Shown in pieces: positions 10,959-19,633 of a stretch of DNA of 64,000 bases; within the stretch, counting starts at the first letter, position 1, and the number at the start of each line of letters is the position of its first letter. This DNA comes from Nannocystales bacterium. GTDB taxonomy: Bacteria > Myxococcota_A > Polyangia > Nannocystales > Nannocystaceae. A model generated the notes under the pieces. The model was given only the letters and a program-made list of their open reading frames with translations. It was not told where the DNA came from and did no database searches. The position numbers were made by a program, and so were the translations under genes. Location of the stretch: NCBI GenBank assembly GCA_050633305.1, contig JBOEGF010000002.1, positions 153,624 through 217,623 of the forward strand, given 5' to 3'.

Positions 10959-10987
10959 TTGACAACTGAGCCCTCCGGGGCTATAGT
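10959..10987 (+). promoter_or_regulatory. Near-consensus sigma70 promoter
   Basis: TTGACA (10959-10964), 17-nt spacer, TATAGT (10982-10987). Confidence 0.8.
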
Positions 10988-11151
10988 AAGGAGGACTCGC
11001 GCGGAGTTTTGCTTCGCGGGCGCTGTTTTCTGCGCTCGCGATGGCGACAGCCGCGACGAACCAGGCGATTCGGCCTGGCCATCTGAATAATCCGCGATCC
11101 AGCGCTGAGTTGCGTTTAGGAGCGTGAATCACCCCCAACCCAGGAGTACTC

Positions 11152-12180
11152 ATGAGCGAAGCCACGCAAGCGTCGACGTCCACCCCCGCCCAACCCGCGA
11201 TCACCCCGCTGGTTCGACACACCAAGAAGCAAGAATGGGGAAGAGCGTTGCTGCTGTGGCGTCGCGAAGAGAAGCGCGCCTATCAGTTCGAGGACGGAAG
11301 CATGCGAGTGTTCGCCGAACGGTTCTGCGGAATGCTTCAGCCGGCGCTGCACCCCGACCCGGTCCTGAGGGCTCGGCTCCAAGAGCAAGCCGTCGCCGGA
11401 GGGCACGTTGGCGTCGTCGCAGGAACCTCCAAGAACAAGACCCCTCGCGGACCCACGCCGACGGTGGCCGACCAGGTCTCGGTGTTCGGAACCCTCTTTG
11501 AAGGCGGTTTTGCGGGCACCGCGTGGCGCAACGCTTGTCGTGCCTCGGGCACCAAGAAGGTCCTCAAGCGACACGTGGACCCTGCGGTCGAACGGGCGCA
11601 GGCCGAGTTGTCCGTCGACGCCCTTCGAGCCCACGTCGATGCGGGGAACCCGAAGGCCGTCGTCGACACCATCCTGAGCATCGTTGGAAGCACATCGCTC
11701 GCCACCAAGACCCAGCTCTCTGCCATCGCCGCACTCGACGTCGACGCCGCCCTCGGGGGTGCGTTCATCGACTTCCTGCACGATGTCGGCGGAGCGGCGC
11801 GCGGGCCCCTGGATCGCCTGCGAATCGAGCTGGCACGCCTTGGGCTCAAGAAGGTGCCGTGGACAGTCCTCACCGCAGCCAAGGCGTTGTTGCACCCTGA
11901 GACGCACCTGTTCGTGCGACCCACGGCTCTCCGCGAGCAGGCCAAGCTGCTCATGCCCGGATTCAAACTGAGCACGGTCCCAACCCCCGACGCGTATGCG
12001 CGTTGTCTCGAGATGGCGGTCGGCATCCGCAACGAGCTCCGTGCTGCCGGTCTTGCTCCCCGGGACCTGCTCGACGTCGCTGAGTTCATGCGAGTCACCC
12101 TCTCGAAGAGTCAGCGCGATGAGTTGCTCGGGGCAATGGCCGAACGCAGCCGACCCAAGACCGCAGCGGCCGTCCACTGA
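11152..12180 (+). CDS. Hypothetical protein with an N-terminal SH3/Tudor-like (DUF3553-like) segment
   Basis: SD AGGAG at 11142-11146. N-terminal VRHTKKQEWG...QFEDG pattern, helical C-terminal domain. Confidence 0.75.
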   Translation: MSEATQASTSTPAQPAITPLVRHTKKQEWGRALLLWRREEKRAYQFEDGSMRVFAERFCGMLQPALHPDPVLRARLQEQAVAGGHVGVVAGTSKNKTPRGPTPTVADQVSVFGTLFEGGFAGTAWRNACRASGTKKVLKRHVDPAVERAQAELSVDALRAHVDAGNPKAVVDTILSIVGSTSLATKTQLSAIAALDVDAALGGAFIDFLHDVGGAARGPLDRLRIELARLGLKKVPWTVLTAAKALLHPETHLFVRPTALREQAKLLMPGFKLSTVPTPDAYARCLEMAVGIRNELRAAGLAPRDLLDVAEFMRVTLSKSQRDELLGAMAERSRPKTAAAVH

Positions 12181-12216
12181 TTGACGGGGGCACACGGTCC
12201 GCGAAAGACTGCGGCC

Positions 12217-13089
12217 ATGCCCTGGCGTCGACCCTTCGCTGCCACGTTCGCCTTGCTCACCGCCGCACTCAGCTGCGATGGGCAACGAACGCCCGACGAA
12301 CCTGTGGAAGATGGGTGGGGCATGGCCCGCGGCGCGCTACTCGACGGAACGAGCTGCTACGCAGGAACTCCGCTGCTCTGTCTCGAGGACGAGGACTTCG
12401 TCGACGGCGCGATCGAGGCCGCCTTGGAGAACCGATGGAAAGGGGAGATGCCGAAGACCCGCAAAGACGTGGAGCGGGTGATCTCCAGCGCGCGGACGAA
12501 GTACAAAGCGTCACTCCAGTCCGCACCGGGCCTCAAGAAGCTGGAGCGGCTCGCCCAAGAGCGCTACGACAATCCGTCTGTTGATCTGCAGACCGTCCCG
12601 GGCGTGGCTGCGCTCGACTTGGGGGCGCTTCCGGGCGAGCTTCGATCCAACCGGCGCGGGCCTCCAGTCGTGCTCAGCGACACCCAGTGGGTCGAGAAGT
12701 TCGATTGGAAGCCGTCCGAGGCGGGGAGGCAACTGGCAACGTATGCGGACAAGTACCCGCAAGCCGAGGAGATCCGGCTGGAGGTTCGCAACCCGTCCTA
12801 CTCTACCCGGCACTACGTCTATCGGTTCCTTCGCAAGCAGAACGTCGTCGTGCACACCGAGCTGGAGTCTGCGCGCGGCTCCGCATCGCAGTACGTGTCG
12901 AAGCCCATCGAAGGGGGCTTGGACACGCTCCGCTCCGGTGGGCTCAGGTTGGGCAAGGACGAAGGGCGCGTCTGCTACCCGCCCCGTCGTCCAGGGACGT
13001 CGGACTGTCGTGTGGACGACCGGTACGGCGCAGCCCAAAAGAAGGCGCGGGACGAAGCCCGCGGCCGAGGGTCAGCTGGCCAACCGTAG
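12217..13089 (+). CDS. Hypothetical lipoprotein
   Basis: Signal/lipobox MPWRRPFAATFALLTAALSC. Confidence 0.7.
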   Translation: MPWRRPFAATFALLTAALSCDGQRTPDEPVEDGWGMARGALLDGTSCYAGTPLLCLEDEDFVDGAIEAALENRWKGEMPKTRKDVERVISSARTKYKASLQSAPGLKKLERLAQERYDNPSVDLQTVPGVAALDLGALPGELRSNRRGPPVVLSDTQWVEKFDWKPSEAGRQLATYADKYPQAEEIRLEVRNPSYSTRHYVYRFLRKQNVVVHTELESARGSASQYVSKPIEGGLDTLRSGGLRLGKDEGRVCYPPRRPGTSDCRVDDRYGAAQKKARDEARGRGSAGQP

Positions 13090-14691
13090 CTCGATCGGCT
13101 TCGGCACACTCACCACGATTCGCGTCCCTTCGTTGTCCACCGAGGACACTTCGATACTGCCCTTGTTGTCTTGGGCTGCTGTCCGTATCGCAGCCATGCC
13201 AACCCCACGCCCGGAGGTTTCCGTGGTTCGCTTGGCCGACGACAAGCCGTCGTGAAAGATGAGCTCGAGTTGGTCTGCTCGAGACATGGCCTTCAGCTCT
13301 GACGCCTCGATGACGTTCATCGCGAGGGCCTTCTGGACGACACGCTCCACATCGATACCGCGGCCATCGTCCGAGACTGTCACGGTGTAAGCGTCCTCCT
13401 CGCTCGACACCTCAATCCGCAGCGTTCCCGATCTTGGCTTTTCCCCGCGTTCGTCGGGGGCTTCGATTCCATGGTCTAGGGAGTTGCGAACCAAGTGAGT
13501 CAGATTGCGGAACACCGGGGCCATGGTGTCAGGGTCGACACTGGTGTCCATCCCTTTGAGTTCGAGGTGAACCGACTTGCCGAGCCGCTCCGCCAACCCG
13601 TCCACAAACATGTCCATCGGACCGACCAAGTCCGCCGCCGGACATTGGGTGATCGCCGTCGCCCAACGCCGCAGCCGCGCACCTTGGGCCTCGTCGCCGA
13701 CCGCGTCCGCGAGCTTGCGTAGCTCTCGAACTTTACTTCGCGTCACCGAGCACGTCGGATCCGTATCCGGACCGTACGAGATCCCGAGGATCTCCTCGGA
13801 GTCCTGAAGGAAGCCGGCCATCGCCGAGTCCACGAGCTGCAAGCCCTCCGCGGTGATGACCTCCTCGTCCTCGACAGCGTGTGCGACGCTCGCAACGTCG
13901 ACGAGCCCCCATGACGCAGCGTTCCCCTTGACGGTGTGGACGAGCCGTCGGATCACAGCCTGGTCTTCTTCATCACGGGCTTGCTCCAACAGGTTTCGCG
14001 CGTCTGCGACGAACCGGCCGAAGGCGACCCGCTTGCCGAGGATCGACACGAGGGCACCATTGCGCTGTGCTTCCCGCTGGGCCTCTTCCAGGGCCGTCAC
14101 ATCGGAGATGGACAGCAGCATCGAGACCACCTCATCGTCGTCCCCACGGACGACGCTCGCCTTCATGCTCAGAACCCGGTCCCCGATCGGAAATCGCGAG
14201 GGGATCTGTTCGAGCGTCGTTTCCTCGGGCATCAGATCCTCGAAGACCTGCTCCAACAGGATCTCGAGCGCCCATTTCCGATTGTCGTCCGCACCGAGCA
14301 ATTCGATCAGCGGTGTGCCAGCAACGATCTCTTCGCGCCCGAACAACTCGTTGCAGGACCGGGTGAACCCAGGCAACACCTTGAGTTCGCGGCCCACGAG
14401 AACGAATCCGAAAGCGACGTTGTCGAGAATCGTTCGAATGGCTCGCGTACGCTCGGCGACTTGTCCTTCGAGGACCTCGGCGTTGCGTGCGAGTTCCTGC
14501 TGGCGCACCTCCATCAGCGCGCGGCGTTGCTGGTTCGCCTCCTCGCGCTGCTTTGCACGCTCCAGCTGCTTGGACATCGCGGTCTGCGTGCCACCGAGGT
14601 ACATGTCCACGACCTTCTTCTTGAGAAGATCGACCGTTTTCTCGGACGCGGTGGCGCGCCGTTCCCAGTCAATGTTGTTGAGGTCGTTCAT
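13072..14691 (-). CDS. CheA-like (class III) histidine kinase: coiled coil, PAS-like, Hpt, HATPase; no CheW domain
   Basis: Hpt HTVKGNAASWGL; HLVRNSLDHGIE, DDGRG, SGRGVGM. The protein ends right after the ATPase domain. Confidence 0.88.
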   Translation of the reverse strand: MNDLNNIDWERRATASEKTVDLLKKKVVDMYLGGTQTAMSKQLERAKQREEANQQRRALMEVRQQELARNAEVLEGQVAERTRAIRTILDNVAFGFVLVGRELKVLPGFTRSCNELFGREEIVAGTPLIELLGADDNRKWALEILLEQVFEDLMPEETTLEQIPSRFPIGDRVLSMKASVVRGDDDEVVSMLLSISDVTALEEAQREAQRNGALVSILGKRVAFGRFVADARNLLEQARDEEDQAVIRRLVHTVKGNAASWGLVDVASVAHAVEDEEVITAEGLQLVDSAMAGFLQDSEEILGISYGPDTDPTCSVTRSKVRELRKLADAVGDEAQGARLRRWATAITQCPAADLVGPMDMFVDGLAERLGKSVHLELKGMDTSVDPDTMAPVFRNLTHLVRNSLDHGIEAPDERGEKPRSGTLRIEVSSEEDAYTVTVSDDGRGIDVERVVQKALAMNVIEASELKAMSRADQLELIFHDGLSSAKRTTETSGRGVGMAAIRTAAQDNKGSIEVSSVDNEGTRIVVSVPKPIELRLAS

Positions 14692-15830
14692 GCTGCGCTC
14701 CGATCGGAGGAAAATGCGACGGCGACAAGCGTCTGGTTGATGTGAAGGCCGTTGAGTTGCTCGCCGTACGTGTCGAAACCGATCGAGGACCGCGAGACCG
14801 AACCCACCACGGCACCCAGCTCTTCCCAGGTCTCTCGCTGGGTGGCTTCAAGTGCTCGCAATACGCAGTTGAACCCGAGAAGGAAGTCCACGGGGTCGGG
14901 CTCTGCCAGCGAGTGGAGGTCCGACTCCAGCGCCTCCTTCATCTCATGGTGGGATCCGAGTTGCAGAACCATTCCTTCCTCGATTGCACAGAAGAAGGTC
15001 AGGGAGCCATCGTCGTTGACGGCCTGCACGCTGCGCACATACTTCTCCCCGTCGCAGCAAAACATGACCGGATGGGAGAACAGCGCGGTCCCGTCAAGCT
15101 TCTCGGTCTCCAGGCCCAGCGCGCGAGCGTATGCTTCTGCGGCCGGGTAGCCGTCGAGTTCGTACACTCTGCGGTCGTCCGGATCGGCTCGCGTCACGGC
15201 GAGCATCGCCGCTTCGGTGGTGAAGTGTTGGTGCTTGACCACGCGGAACTTCGTGCCTCGACTCTTGGCCAAGACGACGGTCGCACGGTCTGCCGCGGCG
15301 GTTCCGTTGTGGATGACTGTCGTTCGCTTGAACGCGAGATCATCTCCGGCGGATCCCCCCGCAAGAGCCACCCCTGCCAAGCCTGCCGCGACCGCAGCCG
15401 AGACCCGCTCCTCGACCCGGCACAGGCCGTCGACGAAGAGCAGGGCGACATACTCGTCGGGGTCGATGTTGTCCGCGTCTGTGCCGTGTCGCTCAAACAA
15501 GCGCTCGGCGAGGGCCTCCCCGCGGGCATCGTCGAAGTCTTCCAACCCTTCCACCGACTCGACAACCCAGTCCACGCCGGTGTCGCACAGGCCCGCGACG
15601 ACCAAAGAGTCGCGCGAGTGCTGTGCGCCAAGGTGTTCTCCTGCCGTAGAGCAACCCACCGTCGGGACGTCCGGGTACTGCTCGGCAAGTGCCTTTGCGA
15701 CCGCATCCGCATCGTGCTGGGAGCTATAGAAGACGAAGATCATCTCCGGCGTTTCTGACCACCCGCCGGTGGCTTCTTTGACTGCCCCGGCCCCATCGAC
15801 CAGCAGCGAGGATCCTTCCAGAGTTCGCAT
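14688..15830 (-). CDS. FIST domain sensor protein (NosP-like)
   Basis: GCSTAGE, LFVDGL, GGSAGDD, VYELDGYPA, FNCVLR, GFDTYGEQ...HINQT. ATGA-coupled to the kinase. Confidence 0.9.
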   Translation of the reverse strand: MRTLEGSSLLVDGAGAVKEATGGWSETPEMIFVFYSSQHDADAVAKALAEQYPDVPTVGCSTAGEHLGAQHSRDSLVVAGLCDTGVDWVVESVEGLEDFDDARGEALAERLFERHGTDADNIDPDEYVALLFVDGLCRVEERVSAAVAAGLAGVALAGGSAGDDLAFKRTTVIHNGTAAADRATVVLAKSRGTKFRVVKHQHFTTEAAMLAVTRADPDDRRVYELDGYPAAEAYARALGLETEKLDGTALFSHPVMFCCDGEKYVRSVQAVNDDGSLTFFCAIEEGMVLQLGSHHEMKEALESDLHSLAEPDPVDFLLGFNCVLRALEATQRETWEELGAVVGSVSRSSIGFDTYGEQLNGLHINQTLVAVAFSSDRSAA

Positions 15831-15839
15831 ACCCGTGCC

Positions 15840-15882
15840 CTATCGTCGGAGCCGCGCGAAAGTTGAAAGGGATGTTCAGATT
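15840..15882 (-). promoter_or_regulatory. Putative sigma28-like promoter with upstream AATCTGAAC box
   Basis: Minus strand reads TCAACTTT-N11-GACGATAG, compared with consensus TAAAGTTT-N11-GCCGATAA. Confidence 0.5.
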
Positions 15883-15909
15883 GAACGACCACGGTCCGCG
15901 ATGGGCCGG

Positions 15910-16458
15910 TCAGCTGTGCAAGAGCGCGGCGTTGAGCAAGAAGCCGCGCTCATCGTGGAAATCGGGTTCGGCTTTGGGATGCCGAAGCGCCCAATACGAA
16001 CATGCGTCGTCCGGAGTGCGCACCACGGCGCACACGCCCAGGCATCGAGCATCTCCGACACCGTGCAGCAACGGGCCTGTCGCTTCCAGTCGTGCGAGTC
16101 GTCCGTCCCGAGCGACCGAGATCTGCACGGGTTCCTCGAAGGAGGACGAGGTCCGAACACGATACTCGGCGAACCCGAAGCGCGTGGTTTGTCCGGTGGG
16201 GGAGAAGTTCCATTCCACGTAGCTGCCATCGGCGCACCCGAGAAACAGCTCGGCGCAGGTGTGCTCCCACAACCGAGCTGGGTCCAGCCGTCCCTCCGGA
16301 AAAGCGAGTTGCTCGAGTGCGCCAGAGAACTCGAACACGACCTTGAAATGGCCTCCATCCCGGGACACCTGAGCCCGAACCGAGGTGATCGACGGACCCA
16401 AAGCGGCGGGGTGGCGCTGGAGCGGAGTTCGAAGCAGGACAGCCGTCACAGCGCCCAT
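15910..16458 (-). CDS. DOMON-like domain protein
   Basis: LWEHTCAELF, YVEWNFSPTG, SYWALRHP..PDFH. Confidence 0.8.
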   Translation of the reverse strand: MGAVTAVLLRTPLQRHPAALGPSITSVRAQVSRDGGHFKVVFEFSGALEQLAFPEGRLDPARLWEHTCAELFLGCADGSYVEWNFSPTGQTTRFGFAEYRVRTSSSFEEPVQISVARDGRLARLEATGPLLHGVGDARCLGVCAVVRTPDDACSYWALRHPKAEPDFHDERGFLLNAALLHS

Positions 16459-16477
16459 CTCCCCACAGGTCGACGGG

Positions 16478-17413
16478 TCACGGCAAGCTCGCGCTCCACC
16501 CCAACGGCGCCAAGGCCCACGCCGCCACCACGATGCACAGCAGCAAGACGACGACATGAGGCGGCAGCAAGGTCCCCGTCGGCTCATCGTCGGCCGGCGC
16601 TGGCACGTGTCGCCACGGCATGCAGAACAGCAGGACCAGCAAAGACGCACCCACGTACGGCATCGTGTTGATCAATGCGATCGCGGTGTGCAGCCCCAGC
16701 AGGAGGACACCCCACAGGACGCGTAGCCTACGACCGAATAGAAGGAGAAATGCTCCGCCCTCGATCACCAACGTTGCAACCGAAACGACCACGGCCAACT
16801 CGGGCTCTTCGATCAACGCATGTCTGACGCTGGCGAGCCATCCCCAGTCCGCCAACGGTTGCTGCTGCAGGACCAAGGCCCGGACCTGCGCCCCATCGGC
16901 CCACGAACTCCCGGTTGCCATGAGCTTGCTGAGCGCTGACCCGACATACGCGGCCGCGAGGCAACCCAGCGCGCCGGCTTCGCTCAACCGTTCCCGACAT
17001 GCCTGGCTGGCCGAGGTCCGTGAGCTTGCCGCCCAGATCTGCCCCAGGGTCCACCCGAACAACATCGCCCCGGGGAAGAACGCATTGCGAGATGGCGACC
17101 CGAAGATCTGGGTCTGCCACTCGCTGAGCACCGCGGCCCAGGCCAGAGCCCAAAGGCCTCCCACGATGGGCCGACGGTCCCGCACCACACCGATCAGCCC
17201 CGCGCACACGAGCGCGAGCAGAGCCCACGGCGCGCCAACGACATCAGCCAGCCAGCGCGACAGGTCTCCAGTTGGTGGGTAGCGCTCGGGGTCTTGGGCC
17301 TGCCAGTTCACCTGGAATGCCTCGGTCGCCTGAGACAACCCGACGATGACGACGAGTCCAAGTCGCAGCGGCGCCCGAGAGGCTCCGTCCCACACCGACC
17401 CCCACAACTTCAT
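16478..17413 (-). CDS. Multi-pass membrane protein, HTTM-like
   Basis: Many TM segments; YVGSALSKL...WADG, ATLVIEG, LHTAI. Confidence 0.7.
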   Translation of the reverse strand: MKLWGSVWDGASRAPLRLGLVVIVGLSQATEAFQVNWQAQDPERYPPTGDLSRWLADVVGAPWALLALVCAGLIGVVRDRRPIVGGLWALAWAAVLSEWQTQIFGSPSRNAFFPGAMLFGWTLGQIWAASSRTSASQACRERLSEAGALGCLAAAYVGSALSKLMATGSSWADGAQVRALVLQQQPLADWGWLASVRHALIEEPELAVVVSVATLVIEGGAFLLLFGRRLRVLWGVLLLGLHTAIALINTMPYVGASLLVLLFCMPWRHVPAPADDEPTGTLLPPHVVVLLLCIVVAAWALAPLGWSASLP

Positions 17414-17847
17414 CGGCGCCTCGCCTTGCACCGCGCCACGATGCAGTCCTCGGCGCTCTCGGCCGGTTCGTCGAGCGGGTATGCCCGGGAGACCAGCACG
17501 ACCGCCTCGACGCCCTCGCCCGCGTGATGTCGAATGTACCGCCTCTGGTCTCGCTCGACGTAGTCCAACAAGCGGTGCTCAGCCCCGCACACGGCCTCAA
17601 TGGTGTCCCCCGCCCACGTGCACGACCACTGGTCGAACGCGTCGACCTCGGACGCGCGCCCATCCGTATCGACCACGAACATCCGCGCAACGACGTCGGG
17701 AGCATGGCCCTGGTACATGTCGAACACCGACAGCGGAAACAGGTTTCTGGGGCCTCGGGCTGCCGCAACGTAGGTGACGAACACCGCAACCGCGACCACC
17801 CACGCCAACGGCGGAGATGATCGAGAGGGCCGAGGCGACTGCGACAC
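17410..17847 (-). CDS. Hypothetical membrane-anchored protein
   Basis: N-terminal TM followed by FPLSVFDMY. ATGA-coupled to the downstream gene. Confidence 0.7.
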   Translation of the reverse strand: MSQSPRPSRSSPPLAWVVAVAVFVTYVAAARGPRNLFPLSVFDMYQGHAPDVVARMFVVDTDGRASEVDAFDQWSCTWAGDTIEAVCGAEHRLLDYVERDQRRYIRHHAGEGVEAVVLVSRAYPLDEPAESAEDCIVARCKARRR

Positions 17848-18144
17848 GGGCCGCACGCTACAGCACGTGTGCGAGGAGTTTCGCGCTCACCTCGCTCGCG
17901 TTCATCGCGCCTCACCTACCGACCGCTGCAAGGACACCAACCCGGTCTGGTAGCGTGGCAACCGAAGCGTGGGCAAAGCGAAGCGAGCACTCTCGATCCG
18001 CAGCATTCGCCGTGCCGCGAAGAAGTCCAAGAACGCCGAGCCCGGACTCGATGCGATGTGGGCCGCGCAGAGGCCTTACACGCCCTGGCCGAGGCCACTG
18101 AGGAAGTCGAAGACGCGCTTCGTCGGTGAGGACGGCACTGTCGC

Positions 18145-18600
18145 CTACTTGGAACCGGGGAGATCCTTGCAGTCGCCCTTCTTGAGCACGCCGGTCCCCG
18201 CAGCGGCGGCAGCACAGGCGTTGGAGTGCTCCTTCTGGTCGCACCCGCAGACCGGATCATACTGCTGGGTGCACATCTCAGGCCGCTTCTTGCAGACCGC
18301 CGTCGCGTCGGCCCATCCGCACATCCCGCTGGGCTCGTACGCGCAGTATTCGTCCGCTGCGCAGGTGTCCCCAGCCCGGGCCCCGCAGCTCTTCCCCTCG
18401 CCGGACGGTTCCGAGCCGGGCTCGGGCGCCGGCTCGGGGTCGGGTGCAGGCTCCGAGCCGGGTTCAGGTCCCGGTTCGGGTGTCTGGACCGGGCTGGGGA
18501 CCGCATCTCCGCCTCCGCGGTTGGCCGTGTTCGAGCAGGCTACCGACAACGGCAAGGCGAGAAGGAGAACCCACGGGCTGCACGCTCGAAGTGGACGCAT
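18145..18600 (-). CDS. Lipoprotein with a Kazal-type protease inhibitor domain
   Basis: Lipobox LSVAC, PEP repeats, CTQQYDPVCGCDQKEHSNAC...GDC. Confidence 0.88.
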   Translation of the reverse strand: MRPLRACSPWVLLLALPLSVACSNTANRGGGDAVPSPVQTPEPGPEPGSEPAPDPEPAPEPGSEPSGEGKSCGARAGDTCAADEYCAYEPSGMCGWADATAVCKKRPEMCTQQYDPVCGCDQKEHSNACAAAAAGTGVLKKGDCKDLPGSK

Positions 18601-18754
18601 GTGCGCACGGTACCAACCCTCGTCGCCCTCAGGGCGCCTATAGTCCCGGGCCATGGCTCCCGCCAACCTCGGTGTTCAACGTCGACCGCGCGGCCGTGCG
18701 TATGCACCGCCCCATACCGACCCCCTCGCACCGGTCCAAAACAGGTAGCGCCCG

Positions 18755-19396
18755 ATGGATGTTTCGTTCGTCATTTTCGACTGGGACGGCACGCTGTCCG
18801 ACTCCAAGAGCAAGATCGTCGCGTGCCTCCGCAGCACCCTGGCGGCGCTGGACGTCCCAGCCGGCACCGACGACGAACTCGCCAGCGTCATCGGCCTGTC
18901 GCTCGACGACGTCGGACGAGCGCTGATCGCCTCCGCCGACGACCCCACCGTCAAGGCCTTTACAACCCAGTACCGCGAGCAGTGGTTCGCGGCGGGGCCT
19001 CCATCGACCGAGCTCTTCCCTGGGGTTCCAGAGACCCTCGTCAAACTTCAAGAGCGCGGGGTCCCACTCGCCGTCGCGACCGGAAAGAACCGAGCAGGGC
19101 TTGATCGGGAACTCGGAGCGAACGGAATCGGTCAGCACTTCATCGCCACCCGCACCGCGGACGAGACCCGATCGAAACCCGATCCTCAGATGCTCCATGA
19201 GCTCCTCGAAGAGGTCGGGGTTGCGGCCGAGCAAGCGGTGCTCGTCGGTGACAGCCACTGGGATCTACAAATGGCGAACGCCGCGGGTGTACGCGCGATT
19301 GCGGTCAGCTATGGAGCGCAACCGATCGACCGGCTGCTGCAGTACTCCCCCTGGGCCCACATCGACGCGATCGAAGAATTGCTGGGCCGTATCTGA
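18755..19396 (+). CDS. HAD-family hydrolase (phosphoglycolate phosphatase-like)
   Basis: FDWDGTL, ATGK, KPDP, VGDS..DL. Confidence 0.92.
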   Translation: MDVSFVIFDWDGTLSDSKSKIVACLRSTLAALDVPAGTDDELASVIGLSLDDVGRALIASADDPTVKAFTTQYREQWFAAGPPSTELFPGVPETLVKLQERGVPLAVATGKNRAGLDRELGANGIGQHFIATRTADETRSKPDPQMLHELLEEVGVAAEQAVLVGDSHWDLQMANAAGVRAIAVSYGAQPIDRLLQYSPWAHIDAIEELLGRI

Positions 19397-19589
19397 GCCG
19401 CCCGCCGCTTCCAACATCCCCCCGCAGTCCCGGCGTGTTCCTTAGGGGCCCTCGATCGCGCCACCGAGAGGATGCAGACCTTGGTCGTCCCGGGCGGTTC
19501 CGTTGCGGGGCGGCCGGCAGCGCCAAGCTCGGTGGGCCGGGCCACTCGAACGCGTCCCAGAACTGCACTGGCCGGTGGGTCGCAGTCGG

Positions 19590-19626
19590 AATCTGAACCT
19601 TGAAGTTGTCGCGCTCCACCCGATAG
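19590..19626 (+). promoter_or_regulatory. Putative sigma28-like promoter with upstream AATCTGAAC box
   Basis: AATCTGAAC (19590-19598), then TGAAGTTG-N10-CCCGATAG ending 7 nt before the ATG. Confidence 0.45.
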
Positions 19627-19633
19627 AAAGCTC

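Noticed and set aside
17969..18129. Possible small or frameshifted basic gene (GKAKRALSIRSIRRAAKKSK...)
   Set aside because: The frame runs antisense into the Kazal gene, with no start signal or recognisable motif.
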